Source of the DNA: an uncultured Bacteroidales bacterium
GTDB taxonomy: Bacteria; Bacteroidota; Bacteroidia; Bacteroidales; Bacteroidaceae
DNA length: 64,000 nt
NCBI GenBank assembly: GCA_902802815.1
Contig: CADCNQ010000009.1
Location: 1,307 to 65,306, forward strand
Reading direction: 5' to 3'
Numbering within the stretch: position 1 is the stretch's first letter; each line of letters opens with the position of its first letter. Below, piece by piece: positions 23,739-33,000 of the stretch. Below the pieces are notes generated by a model. The model was not told the DNA's origin. It made no database searches and saw only the letters and a program-made list of their open reading frames with translations. Made by a program: the position numbers and the translations under genes.

Positions 23739-25217
23739 CTACGTTGTACCCATAAGTTCTACCCATCCTTTGGATTTTGTATCGCGTGTGATGCTGAATA
23801 CCCCGTACTTCGCACCTATCCATTTGCCCGCGCGAGCTTGGAAAGGAATAGCAATCGGTGTAAACCGGCTGCTGTCCGTGCTGTAGGACAAGTGACAGAG
23901 AGCTCCCTTGTCGCACTGTATGCGAACGCTAAGGCGGCATTCATAATTGTTTTTTGCACCTGCATTGTAGGAACGCGCTTCGATACGCCCTATGACGGTG
24001 GACTCTTCTGTGCCATCCCGGTCTGCATCCCTGCAAGTGATATATTTCAGCACAAAGGCATCACCCTGCAGTTCAGCGGAAAGGCGGCAGTAGTCGCGCC
24101 CCATCACAACGAAGCCTGATTGCTGACTTTCGTCTGTTGCTGTGATAATCAGATGAAGAGTGTCGGTGAACGTCTCTCCCTCAAATTTCCTCAGATACAG
24201 ATTCGAAATTTCCCACAGGTTCCTAAAGTCGGATGTCACCGCGTGGCCATAGACGCGCACACCGTTATTCGTTTCAAACCCGAAATGGTCTTGGTAGTTG
24301 GCATGCCACTGGTATTGAAGTTTTATCGGTGATTTGTATTTATCACACTTCACTCCATTGCTTTTCGTTTCCTTCATCATAGGCCATCCGTTCTTCCATT
24401 CCACATCAAGCAGATGAAGTATGCGTCCATAAGGACCTTTATCCTGAAACGCGATGAACTTGTCTGCCACCCAACCGCCCTGATGAATGCCGTTCTTGTT
24501 GAACACAATCTGACTCTCATAAGGGCCATACACGTTACGGCTTCGCAACGCCACCTGCCAACCTCTCTCCACACCGCCCGCTGGAGCGAGGATATAATAC
24601 CAGCCGTCGCGCTTGCAGAATTTAGGTCCCTCTATTGTGTGATTACCTTTCACCTGTCCGTCATAAACAAGAACCGGTTTGCCGATGACCCGGCTACCGT
24701 CTGAAGACAATTCGCGCACCGTCAGCACGCTGTTGAAACCGCAGCGGCTGGCAGCCCATCCGTTCACAAGATAGCATCGTCCGTCATCATCCCACAGCGG
24801 ACAGGGGTCAATAACTCCCCTGCCCTCTACGACCAGCACCGGCTCGCTCCACCGTCCGCACGGATTATCACTCTTCACCATGAAGACACCGAAGTCCGGA
24901 TCGCCCCAATAGATGTAATAAATGTCATTGTGGCGACGGATGCTGGGAGCCCATACACCACAACCATGCTGCACGGAGTTGTAATGGCTCGCGGGCAACA
25001 GGCGTTCCACCGCATAATTCACCAGCTCCCAATGCACCAAGTCCGTACTGTGCAATAGAGGCAGTCCCGGTGTGCACTGGAAACTGCTGGCCGTCAGCCA
25101 ATAATCACCATGCGTACCCTCGCACACATCCGGGTCGCTGTAGTCGGCATAGATGATTTGAGCCTGTATAGTCAATGTGTGAAAAAGCAGAAGCAGTGCA
25201 ATAATCCCTTTCGTCAT
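23739..25217 (-). CDS. Glycoside hydrolase family 43 (beta-xylosidase/alpha-L-arabinofuranosidase type) with a C-terminal beta-sandwich domain.
   Basis: The ORF track gives 23739..25277. The likelier start is at 25217 (MTKGIIALLLLFHTLTIQAQ, a signal peptide). GH43 hallmarks are YADYSDPDV, GVWAPSIRRHNDIYYIYW, GVIDPCPLWDDDGRCYLV and HTIEGPKFCKRDGWYYILAPAGG. Confidence 0.85.
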   Translation of the reverse strand: MTKGIIALLLLFHTLTIQAQIIYADYSDPDVCEGTHGDYWLTASSFQCTPGLPLLHSTDLVHWELVNYAVERLLPASHYNSVQHGCGVWAPSIRRHNDIYYIYWGDPDFGVFMVKSDNPCGRWSEPVLVVEGRGVIDPCPLWDDDGRCYLVNGWAASRCGFNSVLTVRELSSDGSRVIGKPVLVYDGQVKGNHTIEGPKFCKRDGWYYILAPAGGVERGWQVALRSRNVYGPYESQIVFNKNGIHQGGWVADKFIAFQDKGPYGRILHLLDVEWKNGWPMMKETKSNGVKCDKYKSPIKLQYQWHANYQDHFGFETNNGVRVYGHAVTSDFRNLWEISNLYLRKFEGETFTDTLHLIITATDESQQSGFVVMGRDYCRLSAELQGDAFVLKYITCRDADRDGTEESTVIGRIEARSYNAGAKNNYECRLSVRIQCDKGALCHLSYSTDSSRFTPIAIPFQARAGKWIGAKYGVFSITRDTKSKGWVELMGTT

Positions 25218-25286
25218 GATGTAAAAACAGTTAATGTCCAAAATAAAGAAAGGCACCTTCACAGGCGCCCTTCTCACTACCGAAAG

Positions 25287-28200
25287 CTATTTGTACAAAA
25301 GCTTGCGCCCTCCCTTAATATAGATTTTGCCGGAACGAGGTTCGCTGACCCTGCGACCCATGAGATCGTAGAGCGTCTCGTCCTCTGTCATACGCGTACC
25401 CGGAAGACTTACCACATCGGAAGGATTGCTGCCGGTGTAAGTCAGCGTGAAATTATCCCACACAAGCCACGTGGTGCCGCTCGTGGGCTCCTTGATGCCG
25501 AACGACAATGTGCCGTCTGTCACCCTGACCTCCACTGACAGCAGACCGTAGGATGCATTTGCGGCCATTTTATCGCGCTCTGCATCGAAATTACTGCCGG
25601 CACAGCTCACCGTGACAATATCCTTCTCCGTGATGCCGCCGGATGTGGCGAAGAGATAACCCGTATTGGAACCCTCGCCGTTCACCATCTGGCAGGTCAC
25701 CGTGTAGTAGCCGTCGGGAAGGCCGTAGAGCCTCTGCGTGAAACTGAAGTTGGTGGAATGCCACACCTCCACAGCACCGTTGTAGCGCTGGTTGCCCCAC
25801 GTGCCGGCCATCGTCCAACCGAAACCGCTGCCTATGAACTGAGGATTGACCACCAACGGAGTAGCATCAACGGGATTGTCGGGAGTGGCATCGGCAAGAA
25901 CGCCGCTATGGAAACGCGACTTGGCAATGGCAAATATCTGCAGATGGCCGATATCGTCGCCCTTCTTGTTGCACGCTATCTCCTCTCCGTCGCGATAGCC
26001 GTTCTCAGGAGTCCAAAGACCAAACCAATTACCGGGATAAGTGCCGTTCTCCACTGTCCAGGCACCGCCCGTATGCGTCATCAGCAGGCGTGCCCAACTG
26101 CATGCGAAGGGCTGGTCGTGAGTGCGCAGATTGTGCGGCGCATTCATTTCCGTCTGCAACAGCAGACCGTCGTAGTCTATATTACGCAGACAGAAGCCTC
26201 CGTCGAAAGACTCTACGGTGAACACCTTGGACAAATCCGTGAGCGGATCCACCGGCGTTTCGTAGAAGAGCGCCTTATTGCCGTTGTGGGGTGCATCCCT
26301 GAGTCCGATGAGCAAGTCTGCCTCATCACAGGCAAGCACGAAATAGTGGTCGTCAGCCAACAGAGCCAAATCGTCCGCAGATGTCACCAGCTGATAACCG
26401 TTGTCTGCTGTCAACAGGCTGTAATAAGAATAAGGAGCCTCCTTCACCTGCAGATTATACACATAGGGCTGTCCCTGATACGTGGCCGTCACCTGTGTGG
26501 TCTCCTGCAGATTATCCACAACGAATGTCTTTCCCGTCTGCCCGCCGTCCCAGCTGATCTCCTCGGGATTGACATAAGACGGGATGTCAAGGCGCAGGGT
26601 CAGTCTGGTGCCGGAAAGCACTTCCGTCTCCGTTGCCGCTTCGCCGTTGATGAACTGCATGGCCGGCACCGCATTCAACTGGAATACGCTCTCACTGACG
26701 GCACCGCTTTGATTAGCATACTGACAGGTGTATGTGCGGCTGCTCGTCACAGCGGGTATCACCACGACGCTTGACTTCACACCGTTGTCCCAAAGATAAT
26801 CATCGGTCCACCCCGTTGTGGCACCGGCATAGAGTATCACATCTGTACCGCTGAGTACCGTCTTTTCCAATATGCGCTCTATCACGCCGTTCACGGTGAT
26901 TTCGTTGGTCATCACGTCGGGTGCGGCATCACCGCTGACAGCAATGGCGAACGACTGACGGCTCTGCATGCCGTTCTCTGCCGTATAGGTGACACGGTAT
27001 ATGTAGCTTTTGTCCGCTTTCACGGTGATTTCACGGGTTGTCTCACCTGTACTCCACTGCCAGAGTCCCGTGTCGGTAACGCCCTGCGGCAACACTGGAG
27101 ACAATGTTATCTCACTGTCGTCTGCCGGAATACCCTTTGAGGGGCACACCTCGTACTTGTACTTCAAACCGCCAAGATTGGTCTGATTCTTATACGTCAC
27201 ACCCTTGTAGACAATATTACCGGACAACGGCACAATAGCATCAGAAGCATCTATTGCAGGACGCCAGCTGGTCAGCGTGGAGAAGCCGAGATGGTCGAAA
27301 CCGCCGGAATTCTGGCTGTAGTTGCCGCCACCGCCGTCAGGGCAGACCTTGGCGCTTGCCTGCTCAGCATATTGCAACTTGACACCGCGCAGTCCCTCAT
27401 AGTAGCCGATAGCACGATCCCAATAAGGACGGTATTCCCCCGCTCCTCCTGTGTTAGGACCGGTCATTAGCCAACCGGCACCCATCGTGCCGCGACAATC
27501 GGCATAATTATAGTTAATCCACGGAAGAGACGTTGCATCCACACCTCCGAAATTCATTGCCGCAACAAACTCCGTACCGGCAGCGATGCGGTCGTCCATA
27601 TAGGCAAAGAGGTCGTCGCCCTGATTGAATCCCACCTGACAGATGTCAAGGGCAAGACCCAGAGCCATCAGCGAGTGTCCCTGGTCGCGGCCCGACTCCT
27701 GCATCTGTCCGAGATATCCCAGAGGCCCGCGTGAATCGGGAAGCACCACGGGAACGAGATTGCCGATGAATTCATCGCATCCGTCATTGAGGATGACGCT
27801 GTTCTTCGAGCGGTCCTTGTATGTGCCCACGTGGTCGTATTTATAGAAGGAAACACCCTGATTGTACATGTGCACGTCATCACAGAGTATGCCTATGGAC
27901 ATCACACAAAGAGCATTGCACAGCCCCCAGTTGGACCAGTAGTGTCCCGGACGCTGTCCCAGACTGGAATAACGGGCGTTGAGCCATGTGTCGTGACGGC
28001 GGCGGAGGAAGTCGATGGCAGGATTGTAGAACACTTTGATTATCCACTGCTTGAACTCCTCAAAATCCTCCGGCGACCATCCGTCATAGTCGCGCATCAG
28101 TTCTGCGGCATTGGCAAATTCGTGTCCGTAGATACCCGCAGCGAGGGATATGTTGGTGTCACCTCCCAGGCCTTTGCACTGGCGAGCCCACTGCATCATG

Positions 28201-29495
28201 ATACGCACCGCTCCGTCGGCATTGGCACGTGTGCCCGCTATCTTCCAGCGCAGCGCATTCTGGTATGCCATCGCTGCACCACGTGCACAGTTCATATAAT
28301 TCTGCCCGGAGCCGCCTCCACGAATCACCGTCTCCGTAGGCCACGTGGCAACATCGGCCTGCGAATACCCGTTGGCACAAAGTATGTTCCATGCCTGCTG
28401 CATACGCTCATTGCCATCCGCCAGCAACTGCTTGGCACGGTCGATATCCTCTTGCGACACAATACCGCCCGGATGTACGAAGCCATGGTCGCCCGTCACA
28501 GGGAACACCCTTTTTGCCTGATAACCGCTGGTAGCCTTAGCGGCAGATAACAGGGACTGCAGCGTAGAGACATAGTTATCTATCAGTTCCTGAGAAGCGC
28601 GTCCTGCCGCCAACTCCGACTTTGCTATTGCAAGATTGTCCTGCAGCTCCCTTACGGCATTGGGGGCATACCCCTCAGATGCGGAAGAAACAAATGCATC
28701 GCACGTCTCCACCATTGCACTCAACTGAGTGAAATCACCTGGCACACCGTAACGGTATGCAATCTCCAAATCCGTTGCCACTGCACACAATTCCGACACC
28801 TTCTCGTCGCTCACCGCCACATCATAAACGCGGAAGTCTGCCACAAGGGTTTTCTTCAGATAAGTATCATTGGAAAATGGAGGACGCCCAATCCAGTTGT
28901 AGATGGTGACATTGGTGAATATCTCACTGAGCACCGGCATGGAAGAGTTTACCTGCACGCGCACGCCGTCGAGGAAGAGTTCACCTTTCGGCCCCGTCTG
29001 ACGGTAGAGCATGTGTATCCAACGCCCTTTCTCCGAAGCGGTGCCAACCTGCATTCCCACCTCACTGCCCCAGCCTGCCGAGGCGGTGGCCATGCGCTGC
29101 GCATTCACCCTGTAGCCGGTGTAGAAAGACGATGTTTCCGTATTTGCCGAAAGTCTTGAAAAACACCAAAGGAAATTACCTGCAGCGGAAATGTCGGCAG
29201 ACTTGTCTACGCGATAGCATACCGACACGGTGAAATCCGAGAGAGCCTGAATAATACTACCGGTGTTTCTGGTCATATCCAGATAGCCGTTCGACTCTCC
29301 GAGATCCAACACGTGATAGGAACCAACTTCAACCACTTTTGCCTTGTTCTTCAGGACTGCAGATATACCCGACGCCTCATCGGTGACATTCGTTCCAGAG
29401 ACCTGCTCGAAGTTGTAGTGAACCTTCAGGTTGCTCTCCTGTGCCGCGGCCATCACAGAGGCAAGAGCCAACAGCAGCAATACTTTTTTACCCAT
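25287..29495 (-). CDS. Large secreted multidomain protein. It has an N-terminal LamG/concanavalin-like domain, an alginate-lyase/heparinase-type (alpha/alpha) toroid lyase-like domain, Ig-like and CBM-like domains, and a T9SS-type C-terminal sorting tail.
   Basis: 1402-aa ORF with signal peptide MGKKVLLLLALASVMAAAQ. The lyase-like region is HPGGIVSQEDIDRAKQLLADGNERMQQAW...WSNWGLCNA. The C-terminus ETLYDLMGRRVSEPRSGKIYIKGGRKLLYK resembles Por/T9SS CTDs. The precise CAZy family is not determinable by eye. Confidence 0.6.
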   Translation of the reverse strand: MGKKVLLLLALASVMAAAQESNLKVHYNFEQVSGTNVTDEASGISAVLKNKAKVVEVGSYHVLDLGESNGYLDMTRNTGSIIQALSDFTVSVCYRVDKSADISAAGNFLWCFSRLSANTETSSFYTGYRVNAQRMATASAGWGSEVGMQVGTASEKGRWIHMLYRQTGPKGELFLDGVRVQVNSSMPVLSEIFTNVTIYNWIGRPPFSNDTYLKKTLVADFRVYDVAVSDEKVSELCAVATDLEIAYRYGVPGDFTQLSAMVETCDAFVSSASEGYAPNAVRELQDNLAIAKSELAAGRASQELIDNYVSTLQSLLSAAKATSGYQAKRVFPVTGDHGFVHPGGIVSQEDIDRAKQLLADGNERMQQAWNILCANGYSQADVATWPTETVIRGGGSGQNYMNCARGAAMAYQNALRWKIAGTRANADGAVRIMMQWARQCKGLGGDTNISLAAGIYGHEFANAAELMRDYDGWSPEDFEEFKQWIIKVFYNPAIDFLRRRHDTWLNARYSSLGQRPGHYWSNWGLCNALCVMSIGILCDDVHMYNQGVSFYKYDHVGTYKDRSKNSVILNDGCDEFIGNLVPVVLPDSRGPLGYLGQMQESGRDQGHSLMALGLALDICQVGFNQGDDLFAYMDDRIAAGTEFVAAMNFGGVDATSLPWINYNYADCRGTMGAGWLMTGPNTGGAGEYRPYWDRAIGYYEGLRGVKLQYAEQASAKVCPDGGGGNYSQNSGGFDHLGFSTLTSWRPAIDASDAIVPLSGNIVYKGVTYKNQTNLGGLKYKYEVCPSKGIPADDSEITLSPVLPQGVTDTGLWQWSTGETTREITVKADKSYIYRVTYTAENGMQSRQSFAIAVSGDAAPDVMTNEITVNGVIERILEKTVLSGTDVILYAGATTGWTDDYLWDNGVKSSVVVIPAVTSSRTYTCQYANQSGAVSESVFQLNAVPAMQFINGEAATETEVLSGTRLTLRLDIPSYVNPEEISWDGGQTGKTFVVDNLQETTQVTATYQGQPYVYNLQVKEAPYSYYSLLTADNGYQLVTSADDLALLADDHYFVLACDEADLLIGLRDAPHNGNKALFYETPVDPLTDLSKVFTVESFDGGFCLRNIDYDGLLLQTEMNAPHNLRTHDQPFACSWARLLMTHTGGAWTVENGTYPGNWFGLWTPENGYRDGEEIACNKKGDDIGHLQIFAIAKSRFHSGVLADATPDNPVDATPLVVNPQFIGSGFGWTMAGTWGNQRYNGAVEVWHSTNFSFTQRLYGLPDGYYTVTCQMVNGEGSNTGYLFATSGGITEKDIVTVSCAGSNFDAERDKMAANASYGLLSVEVRVTDGTLSFGIKEPTSGTTWLVWDNFTLTYTGSNPSDVVSLPGTRMTEDETLYDLMGRRVSEPRSGKIYIKGGRKLLYK

Positions 29496-29699
29496 TTTTC
29501 CAAACGTTTTGCGTTACACATGTTATTTGTCGGTGCAAAAATACCTGTTACACACATAACAGCACGTATTCACCTGTCTAAAACTATGCGCTTTGATTGT
29601 CTATAATGAAAAAATAGACATTTCAAACATATCTTTTAGACAAATGGGCATCCGTATCACTGTATTTTCATAATTTTGCCTACGGATTTATCGTGAATA

Positions 29700-31889
29700 A
29701 TGTCGATGAAACGTCTATATAAGTTTCTCGTTCTGTGCCTGCTTATTTACTCCGAACACATATCAGGCCAGACGCACTGGACTGCCGCAGAAGGACTGCC
29801 CACAGGGGAAATCCAGCAAATCGTGGCACTGCCCAACGGACAGATGCTTGTCAACTGTGAGGGGGTGTTCTGCCTTTCAAACGGGCGTTCCTTCGACATC
29901 GTCGCATGCGACCAGAACCGCTGTCATACCTTCCGTAAATATGTCAACCAATACGGTCAGATGTGGCAGGGGGATTCGCTCCTGTGGCTACATGACTTCT
30001 ATCGGGCATATCTTTTTGACGTACGTTCACGTTCGTTCCGCTATGATATAGAATCGCGGCTCAACGAACCGGCTCTCGCCTCATTCCTGGCGTGCGAGAC
30101 TCCGACACCGCCGCCCACAGAACAGCAATGGGAAACAATCGGAGAGTACGGTATCCGTGATGTTACCCGCGCCACCTGCGACGGAAAAGGCGGGCTGTGG
30201 GTGGGCACACGTGCGAATGGAATATGGTATTGTCCGCCTATGCGGGTCAAGCCACAGATTATTACCACCGCCAATCCCCTCATCGAGCAGGCACGCAGCA
30301 CACATGACGGTTCGGGACGTATGTGGATGTGCAAACCGGACGGACTGACGTGTGAATATGAGGGGCAGACATCACATTACGACCGCAACAACGTCCCAAG
30401 CCTACCGCACAATCGCACCACATTCATCACCCAACTGTCCGAACAGCGCTATCTTCTCTGCGATTCACTGTGCCTTCTGGGTTATTTCATGCCGGAAAAG
30501 ATGGATTTCCATTTGCTCAACACAAGCATTCCTTCCCTTGCAAAATACCGTCACATCGCGGGAGCTTGCGTCATCGACGGGAAATGGACCGCAGTGTATA
30601 CTCAAAACGGAATTTTCCTGCTTGACACGGAAGCCGACACACTGGCTACGTTCCCCACAGCCCGCGAGATAGAGCAATACAGCAGTAAATACAACTGCAT
30701 GCTCAGAGACAACAACGGGGTGCTGTGGATTGGTACCCAGAACGGTTTGTTCCGCATCGCCGACGATAAGGCAGAACGCATCACCGACCTGAACAACCAT
30801 TGCATACGAAGCCTTGTCATGGACGCAGACGGAGATGTATGGGCAGGTACATCCTGCGGCATTTCGCGAGTCAGTCCCACAGTGGTAAACCTAGGAAAAA
30901 GCGACGGAATACCGCCGGTGACGATGATGGACCGCGCTGCCTGTATGACAGACGACAGTCTTTTGGTATTCGCCTTCGGCGGGTCGGAGGCTGTGGCTTT
31001 CCGTCCTAAGGATATTATTTATGAGGAAACACCGTCTTCCGTTGTGTTCACACGACTCACTGCCAACGGCACACCCGTCATCATCAAGCCGGAAGTATCG
31101 CTTGCGTATGATTCCTCCACCGTGAATCTTCAATTTTCCACTTTGGACTATATTTCGCCGTCACGAACACGCTATCGCTATCGTCTTGTCGGCCTGAGCG
31201 ACGACTGGGAAACCAACAGTGAAGGGCAAGGGCAAGTGTCCGTGACCTATACCATGCTGCCGCCCGGGAAATACATTTTTGAGGCACAAGCCACCACATC
31301 CGGAACATGGAGCACTGCCGCCTCCCTATGTATCACAATATTGCCGCCGCTATGGCTCACATGGTGGGCAAAACTGCTGTATTGCCTTATTGGTCTTGTG
31401 GGTCTTACAGGTCTTATCGCTCTTTATCTGAAGAAAAAGAAGGCGGCTCTTGTGCGGGAGAATGAGGCACGGGTCAACCTGCTCTTCGAGCTACGTGAAG
31501 AGGCTCGTCGTCAGTTTGCGGCTTCAACAAACATCACACCGCAAAATATCGCCGTCAATGCGGAGGAGGAACAGCTTGTTTCCATTATGTTGAAAGCCAT
31601 CGAAGAGCATCTGGCAGACGAAGACTACAATGCCGACAAACTCGCCCGCGATGTTGCCATGAGCCGTGCAAGCCTCTACAACAAGCTGAAGACAATGCTC
31701 GGCATCACACCTACGGACTTCATCCGCAACGTACGTTTGAAGCGAGCTGCACGTTTTTTGGAAGACACTAATCTGGGCGTGAATGAGATTGCTGCCCGCG
31801 TGGGATTTGTCACTGCAAGGAATTTCTCCTCCCAATTCAAGAAGATGTTCGGTCTCACACCATCCGAGTATCGTGAGGGCAAGAATTAG
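29700..31889 (+). CDS. Membrane-anchored sensor/regulator with a periplasmic beta-propeller plus Y_Y_Y domain, a TM helix and a C-terminal AraC-type HTH. It has no histidine-kinase or receiver domain.
   Basis: 729-aa ORF with signal/TM MSMKRLYKFLVLCLLIYS. Propeller-type repeats include LWVGTRANGIWY, LWIGTQNGLF and VWAGTSCGISRV. Y_Y_Y-like is RYRYRLVGLSDDWE. TM is LLYCLIGLVGLTGLIALYL. The AraC HTH tail is ARVGFVTARNFSSQFKKMFGLTPSEYR. Confidence 0.8.
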   Translation: MSMKRLYKFLVLCLLIYSEHISGQTHWTAAEGLPTGEIQQIVALPNGQMLVNCEGVFCLSNGRSFDIVACDQNRCHTFRKYVNQYGQMWQGDSLLWLHDFYRAYLFDVRSRSFRYDIESRLNEPALASFLACETPTPPPTEQQWETIGEYGIRDVTRATCDGKGGLWVGTRANGIWYCPPMRVKPQIITTANPLIEQARSTHDGSGRMWMCKPDGLTCEYEGQTSHYDRNNVPSLPHNRTTFITQLSEQRYLLCDSLCLLGYFMPEKMDFHLLNTSIPSLAKYRHIAGACVIDGKWTAVYTQNGIFLLDTEADTLATFPTAREIEQYSSKYNCMLRDNNGVLWIGTQNGLFRIADDKAERITDLNNHCIRSLVMDADGDVWAGTSCGISRVSPTVVNLGKSDGIPPVTMMDRAACMTDDSLLVFAFGGSEAVAFRPKDIIYEETPSSVVFTRLTANGTPVIIKPEVSLAYDSSTVNLQFSTLDYISPSRTRYRYRLVGLSDDWETNSEGQGQVSVTYTMLPPGKYIFEAQATTSGTWSTAASLCITILPPLWLTWWAKLLYCLIGLVGLTGLIALYLKKKKAALVRENEARVNLLFELREEARRQFAASTNITPQNIAVNAEEEQLVSIMLKAIEEHLADEDYNADKLARDVAMSRASLYNKLKTMLGITPTDFIRNVRLKRAARFLEDTNLGVNEIAARVGFVTARNFSSQFKKMFGLTPSEYREGKN

Positions 31890-31907
31890 GACAAACCAAA
31901 AGTCAGC

Positions 31908-32897
31908 CTACGGTCTCACGACGAGTTTGTCGCCGGAGAGGTCAACCTCGAAGAGTGTTGGAATGCGGATATAGCGGCCGTTAACATTCTTATGGCTGTG
32001 GACGGACATCATCCAACGGCCGTCGAGGGTCTTGAACAGCATGCTGTGACCATAGTTGGGAGGAGTGACGGGCTCCGGTTCCTGAATCCAGGGACCGTCC
32101 AGCGTGCCGCTCTCGGAATAGGCTACACCCTGAGTATAGACATCATACACCCAACTCGTCCAGAGCATGCCAAGACGACCGGTGCCGGTGCGGAAGAGCC
32201 AGGGACCGTCCGTAACCTTGTTGAATGTCTCCTTACCGTTCTCACGCTCCCTGCTCCAGGGACTGTCGCTAGCACGGAAGAGAACCTTCGGTTCGCCGAC
32301 AGAACCGCTGAGGTCGGGTTTGAGCTGCTGCTTCTCAATGGTGCCGTTCCAATTGGCCAGCCACTCGCCGCAGAAGACCATATAGGGATTGCCGTCGGTA
32401 TCAACCCAGAAGGTGCCGTCGAGCGTGGGACGGTCGGCAGGCAAGTAGATGCTGTCCTGCATGGGAACGTAAGGACCGTCGGGCCTGTCGCTCACCAAGA
32501 CATGACTGGCACGACGCTCTATCCGGTTGCCTCGCACGGTGCCGATAACCACGGCACGGTTGGTGAACGTGGCAAAATAATAGTAGCGACCCTTGTAGCG
32601 ATGCAGTTCGGCAGCCCATATCATGGGACGGGGACCCATCCACGAAGCCGTGTCGTGGCGAACCACATTATAAGGACCTGTCCACATCTTCAGGTCAGTA
32701 CTCTTCCAGAGCATACCACCGGTGCCCGTCATATAATAGGTCTGCGTGGCACTGTCGGCAAGAATGCAAGGATCGCTGAGGCGTATCTCACCAAGGGGTA
32801 CTGTGCGCACACCGCGACTGCCGCGCTGGGCAGAAAGGGGATACACGAGGGTAATCGCGAAAAGGATGAGCAGAGCTCGGAAGAAATGGCGGGGCAT
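31908..32897 (-). CDS. Glycoside hydrolase family 43 (single-domain five-bladed propeller type).
   Basis: 329-aa ORF with signal MPRHFFRALLILFAITLVYPLSAQ. GH43-like strands are LSDPCILADSATQTYYMTGTGG, IWAAELHRYKGRYYYFATF and LDGTFWVDTDGNPYMVF. Confidence 0.8.
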   Translation of the reverse strand: MPRHFFRALLILFAITLVYPLSAQRGSRGVRTVPLGEIRLSDPCILADSATQTYYMTGTGGMLWKSTDLKMWTGPYNVVRHDTASWMGPRPMIWAAELHRYKGRYYYFATFTNRAVVIGTVRGNRIERRASHVLVSDRPDGPYVPMQDSIYLPADRPTLDGTFWVDTDGNPYMVFCGEWLANWNGTIEKQQLKPDLSGSVGEPKVLFRASDSPWSRERENGKETFNKVTDGPWLFRTGTGRLGMLWTSWVYDVYTQGVAYSESGTLDGPWIQEPEPVTPPNYGHSMLFKTLDGRWMMSVHSHKNVNGRYIRIPTLFEVDLSGDKLVVRP

Positions 32898-32995
32898 GGT
32901 TAAGGGTTAAGGGTTCATGGTTAAGGGTTAAGGGTTCATGGTTAATGGTTAGAGGTTAGAGGTTAGAGGTTAGAGGTTAGTGGTTAGTGGTTAGA
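32898..32995. repeat. Tandem array of 14 heptanucleotide units (GGTTNNN: GGTTAAG x4, GGTTCAT x2, GGTTAAT x1, GGTTAGA x5, GGTTAGT x2), including a 21-nt higher-order duplication.
   Basis: Read directly from the sequence. The units run head to tail from the base after the GH43 start codon (ATG at 32895-32897 on the minus strand) to 5 nt before the stop of the upstream PL11-like gene at 33001. Confidence 0.95.
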
Positions 32996-33000
32996 GAAAA

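Noticed and set aside
25758-26774. Long plus-strand ORF (338 aa) and many similar ORFs opposite the large minus-strand genes. Examples are 27831..28550, 31992..32903, 34171..34776, 36468..37424, 38437..39534, 40069..41175, 41888..43096, 43882..45069, 45955..47253 and 47694..49133.
   Set aside because: They are antisense shadow ORFs in GC-rich DNA. Their translations are R/H/G/L-rich with no motifs. The opposite strand, by contrast, encodes proteins with clear family signatures (GH43, BASS, GT4/GT9, PckA, FabF, MscS and others).
32898-32995. Whether the heptamer array is a CRISPR array or a coding low-complexity region.
   Set aside because: The units are 7 nt with no spacers, so it is not CRISPR. 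On the gene strand, the in-frame upstream ATGs hit TAA after three codons, so it is not an N-terminal extension.
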